DNA of 64,000 nucleotides from Alphaproteobacteria bacterium (GTDB taxonomy: Bacteria > Pseudomonadota > Alphaproteobacteria > JAAXGF01): positions 1,568,001 through 1,632,000 of the forward strand of contig CAUVXB020000001.1 of assembly GCA_963555825.3 (NCBI GenBank), read 5' to 3'. The notes under the pieces are model-generated. The model worked only from the letters and a program-made list of their open reading frames with translations. It did no database searches and was not told the DNA's origin. The translations under genes and the position numbers were made by a program. Shown here piece by piece: positions 61,726 to 64,000 of this stretch. How positions within the stretch are numbered: position 1 is the stretch's first letter; every line of letters begins with the position of its first letter.

Positions 61726-61755
61726 AGGGGTTGGGTCTCACAGACCTAGCCCCTT
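61726..61755 (+). terminator. hairpin downstream of tRNA-Asn
   Basis: AGGGGTTGGGTCT caca GACCTAGCCCCT, stem with G-U pairs. Confidence 0.55.
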
Positions 61756-62191
61756 GTTGCATCTAAGTTCCAAATGAGTTGCGATCGAACAAACTTTGGT
61801 AGCCGATCTCCCCGCTGATCAATGGCAGTTCGGCGGCCGGGAGACTGGCCGTTTTGGAACAAAGGTTCCAAAATAGCGTATTCGCACCCCCTTTCCCTGT
61901 GGCGCCCGACCCGGGAAGGCCGATGAATTCGGGTCACGACGCGCCGGCGATGGGCGCTGGGCTCGATGGGATCGATGGGATCGATGGGATCGAGACGACA
62001 ACGTTAGGGAAACGACGTGGCCAAGCCCATCGAAGCGCGAATCCTGGATGCCTACGAACAATTCTCGCCGAGCTGAGAACGGCAGAGCAATAATCCCCCA
62101 CTGAAGCGGCCGGTCGATCCGGCTGCGGCGGACCAAAATGGGACCGCGTATAGCCTTCTGTCAGGGTTGCTCTGACTGGAAGGCGGGGGGG

Positions 62192-63691
62192 ATGTATCGG
62201 GTGGAGTTGTACGCACGGGTTCGGCGGGCGTGTCATGTCGAGGGGATGAGCACCCGCGAGGCCTCGCGGGTGTTTGGTGTAGACCGCAAGACGGTCCGTA
62301 AGATGCTGTCGTTCTCGGTGCCGCCAGGGTATCGCCGAAGCGCGCCGCCGAGGCGGCCAAAGCTGGGTCCGTTCACGGGAATCATCGATCGGATCTTGGA
62401 AGACGATCGGACCAGCCACCGCAAGCAACGGCACACTGCGAAGCGCATCTTCGACCGCCTCCGGGACGAGTACGGTTTCACGGGCGGCTACACCATCGTG
62501 AAGGACTACGTTCGTGAGCAGGGGCTTCGGTCGCGTGAGGTGTTCGTGCCACTCTCCCATTCCCCCGGTCACGCCCAGGCGGACTTCGGCGAAGCGATGG
62601 CGGTGATCGGCGGCGCGTTACGGAAGATCCACTTCCTTGCCTTCGACCTTCCCCACAGTGATGGTTGCTTTGTTGCGGCCTATCCGGCGGAGACGACCGA
62701 AGCATTCTGCGATGGCCACAACGCGGCGTTTGCCTTCTTCGGCGGCGTCCCCCGATCCATCCTGTACGACAACACCAAGCTGGCGGTTGCCCGGATCCTG
62801 GGCGATGGGAAGCGGCAGCGAACGCGCGTCTTCACGGAGCTTCAGTCCCACTATCTGTTCGAGGACAGGTTCGGCCGGCCGGGCAAGGGCAACGACAAGG
62901 GCAAGGTCGAGGGACTGGTCGGCTTCATCCGGCGGAACTTCCTGGTCCCCGTCCCGCGTGCCGAGAGCTTCGCGGCCCTCAACGATGCTCTCGCCGAACA
63001 GTGCCGCCGGCGCCAGGCGGCGCGGCTGCGGGGCCACAAGGAGACCATCGGCGAGCGTCTCGAGCGGGATCGTCAAGTTCTCTTGCCATTGCCGCCTGCT
63101 CCCTATGATGCCTGCGATAAGCGCCCTGGACGGGCGAGTTCGCTGTCGCTGGTGCGTTACCGCAGCAACGACTATTCCGTGCCCGTGGCCTACGGCCACC
63201 GTGAGGTGCTCATCCGGGGCTACGTCGATGAGGTGGTGATCAGCTGCGGGGCCGAGGTGATCGCCCGGCACCGCCGGTCCTACGACAGCGAGGACCTGAT
63301 CTTCGACCCGCTGCATTACCTGCCCTTGATCGAGCAGAAGATCGGCGCCCTCGACCAGGCCGCGCCGTTGGCGGGCTGGGACCTGCCCGAGGCCTTCATC
63401 ACTCTGCGGCGGCTCCTCGAAGCTCGTATGGGCAAGGCAGGCAAGCGCGAGTACGTCCAGGTGCTCCGTCTACTGGAGACCTTCCGGCTCGAGGAGGTCG
63501 AGGGTGCGGTCGGCGACGCCCTGCGGCTCGGCGCAATCGGCTTTGATGCGGTGAAGCACCTGGTACTGTGCCGCATCGAGCGGCGGCCGCCCAGGCTCAA
63601 CCTCGACGTCTATCCGTATCTGCCGCGCGCCCGGGTCGCGATGACGTCCGCCAAGTCGTACATGAGCCTGCTGTCGGGGCTCGGCGCATGA
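62192..63691 (+). CDS. istA: IS21 transposase
   Basis: Protein identical to the 14951-16450 product. Confidence 0.95.
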   Translation: MYRVELYARVRRACHVEGMSTREASRVFGVDRKTVRKMLSFSVPPGYRRSAPPRRPKLGPFTGIIDRILEDDRTSHRKQRHTAKRIFDRLRDEYGFTGGYTIVKDYVREQGLRSREVFVPLSHSPGHAQADFGEAMAVIGGALRKIHFLAFDLPHSDGCFVAAYPAETTEAFCDGHNAAFAFFGGVPRSILYDNTKLAVARILGDGKRQRTRVFTELQSHYLFEDRFGRPGKGNDKGKVEGLVGFIRRNFLVPVPRAESFAALNDALAEQCRRRQAARLRGHKETIGERLERDRQVLLPLPPAPYDACDKRPGRASSLSLVRYRSNDYSVPVAYGHREVLIRGYVDEVVISCGAEVIARHRRSYDSEDLIFDPLHYLPLIEQKIGALDQAAPLAGWDLPEAFITLRRLLEARMGKAGKREYVQVLRLLETFRLEEVEGAVGDALRLGAIGFDAVKHLVLCRIERRPPRLNLDVYPYLPRARVAMTSAKSYMSLLSGLGA

Positions 63692-63795
63692 CCGACACAC
63701 CGCAAGTGCTGCTCGCCCACCACCTCAAGACGCTGAAGCTGCCGACCTTCCTGCGCGAGTACGACAAGATCGCCCGGCAGTGCGCCTCGGAAGGC
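63688..63795 (+). pseudogene. istB: istB 5' fragment
   Basis: MTDTPQVLL...CASEG, then an abrupt switch to an IS21 terminal repeat. Confidence 0.9.
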
Positions 63796-64000
63796 TGTCA
63801 ATGGCGGAGCAAAAAGGGACCACCGTGGCGGTGTAAGAAGGGACCACTTGGCGGCTGCGGGCTTGTCCCCTAGTCCATGGGAGGGCCCCGCGTGCGACGC
63901 GGCGTGCCCTCAACAGGCCGACGCGGCGGCGCGCGCGGGAGGGACCTGTGGGCCCACGGGGTCAAGCGTGGGTTGGGTGGTCGGTTCAGTTCGCCGTCGG
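63796..64000 (-). mobile_element. istB-proximal end of a third, related IS21 element; continues past the window
   Basis: TGTCAATGGCGGAGCAAAAAGGGACCAC... similar to 13999-14200 but with several substitutions. Confidence 0.9.

Larger units (their letters stand above)
62074..63795 (+). mobile_element. second IS21 copy, interrupted within istB
   Basis: Starts TGAGAACGGCAGAGC; near-identical to the reverse complement of the 14845-16568 region. Confidence 0.95.

Overview
GC-rich chromosomal window, most likely from an alphaproteobacterium (Rhodospirillales-like, inferred from the glyQ-glyS-ppdK and apaG-folE-trkH gene orders). It holds housekeeping and metabolic genes (purC, ppx, folE, trkH, an RND pump, an LPS glycosyltransferase cluster, ygfZ, ppdK, glyQS), tRNA-Gly(CCC) and tRNA-Asn(GTT). 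An IS-rich accessory block at about 9.3-16.6 kb contains an IS3-family element with an unusually long 14-bp direct repeat, an IS1380 with one amber stop, a truncated DUF3800-like gene and an IS21 that removed most of a TRAP dctP. An IS66 sits between two REP-like palindromes, and a second IS21, itself interrupted by a related IS21, follows tRNA-Asn. The most unusual signals are: (1) sharply bounded AT-rich, synonymously recoded patches around variable loops inside the essential glyS gene; (2) GGTGTCnGACA palindromes at two independent IS insertion sites; (3) a divergent HTH/unknown gene pair around a very AT-rich spacer; (4) a secreted protein with 56 consecutive glycines; (5) a metallo-beta-lactamase-fold protein lacking its metal ligands. 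All calls come from reading motifs by eye. No database search was run, and start codons were adjusted manually.
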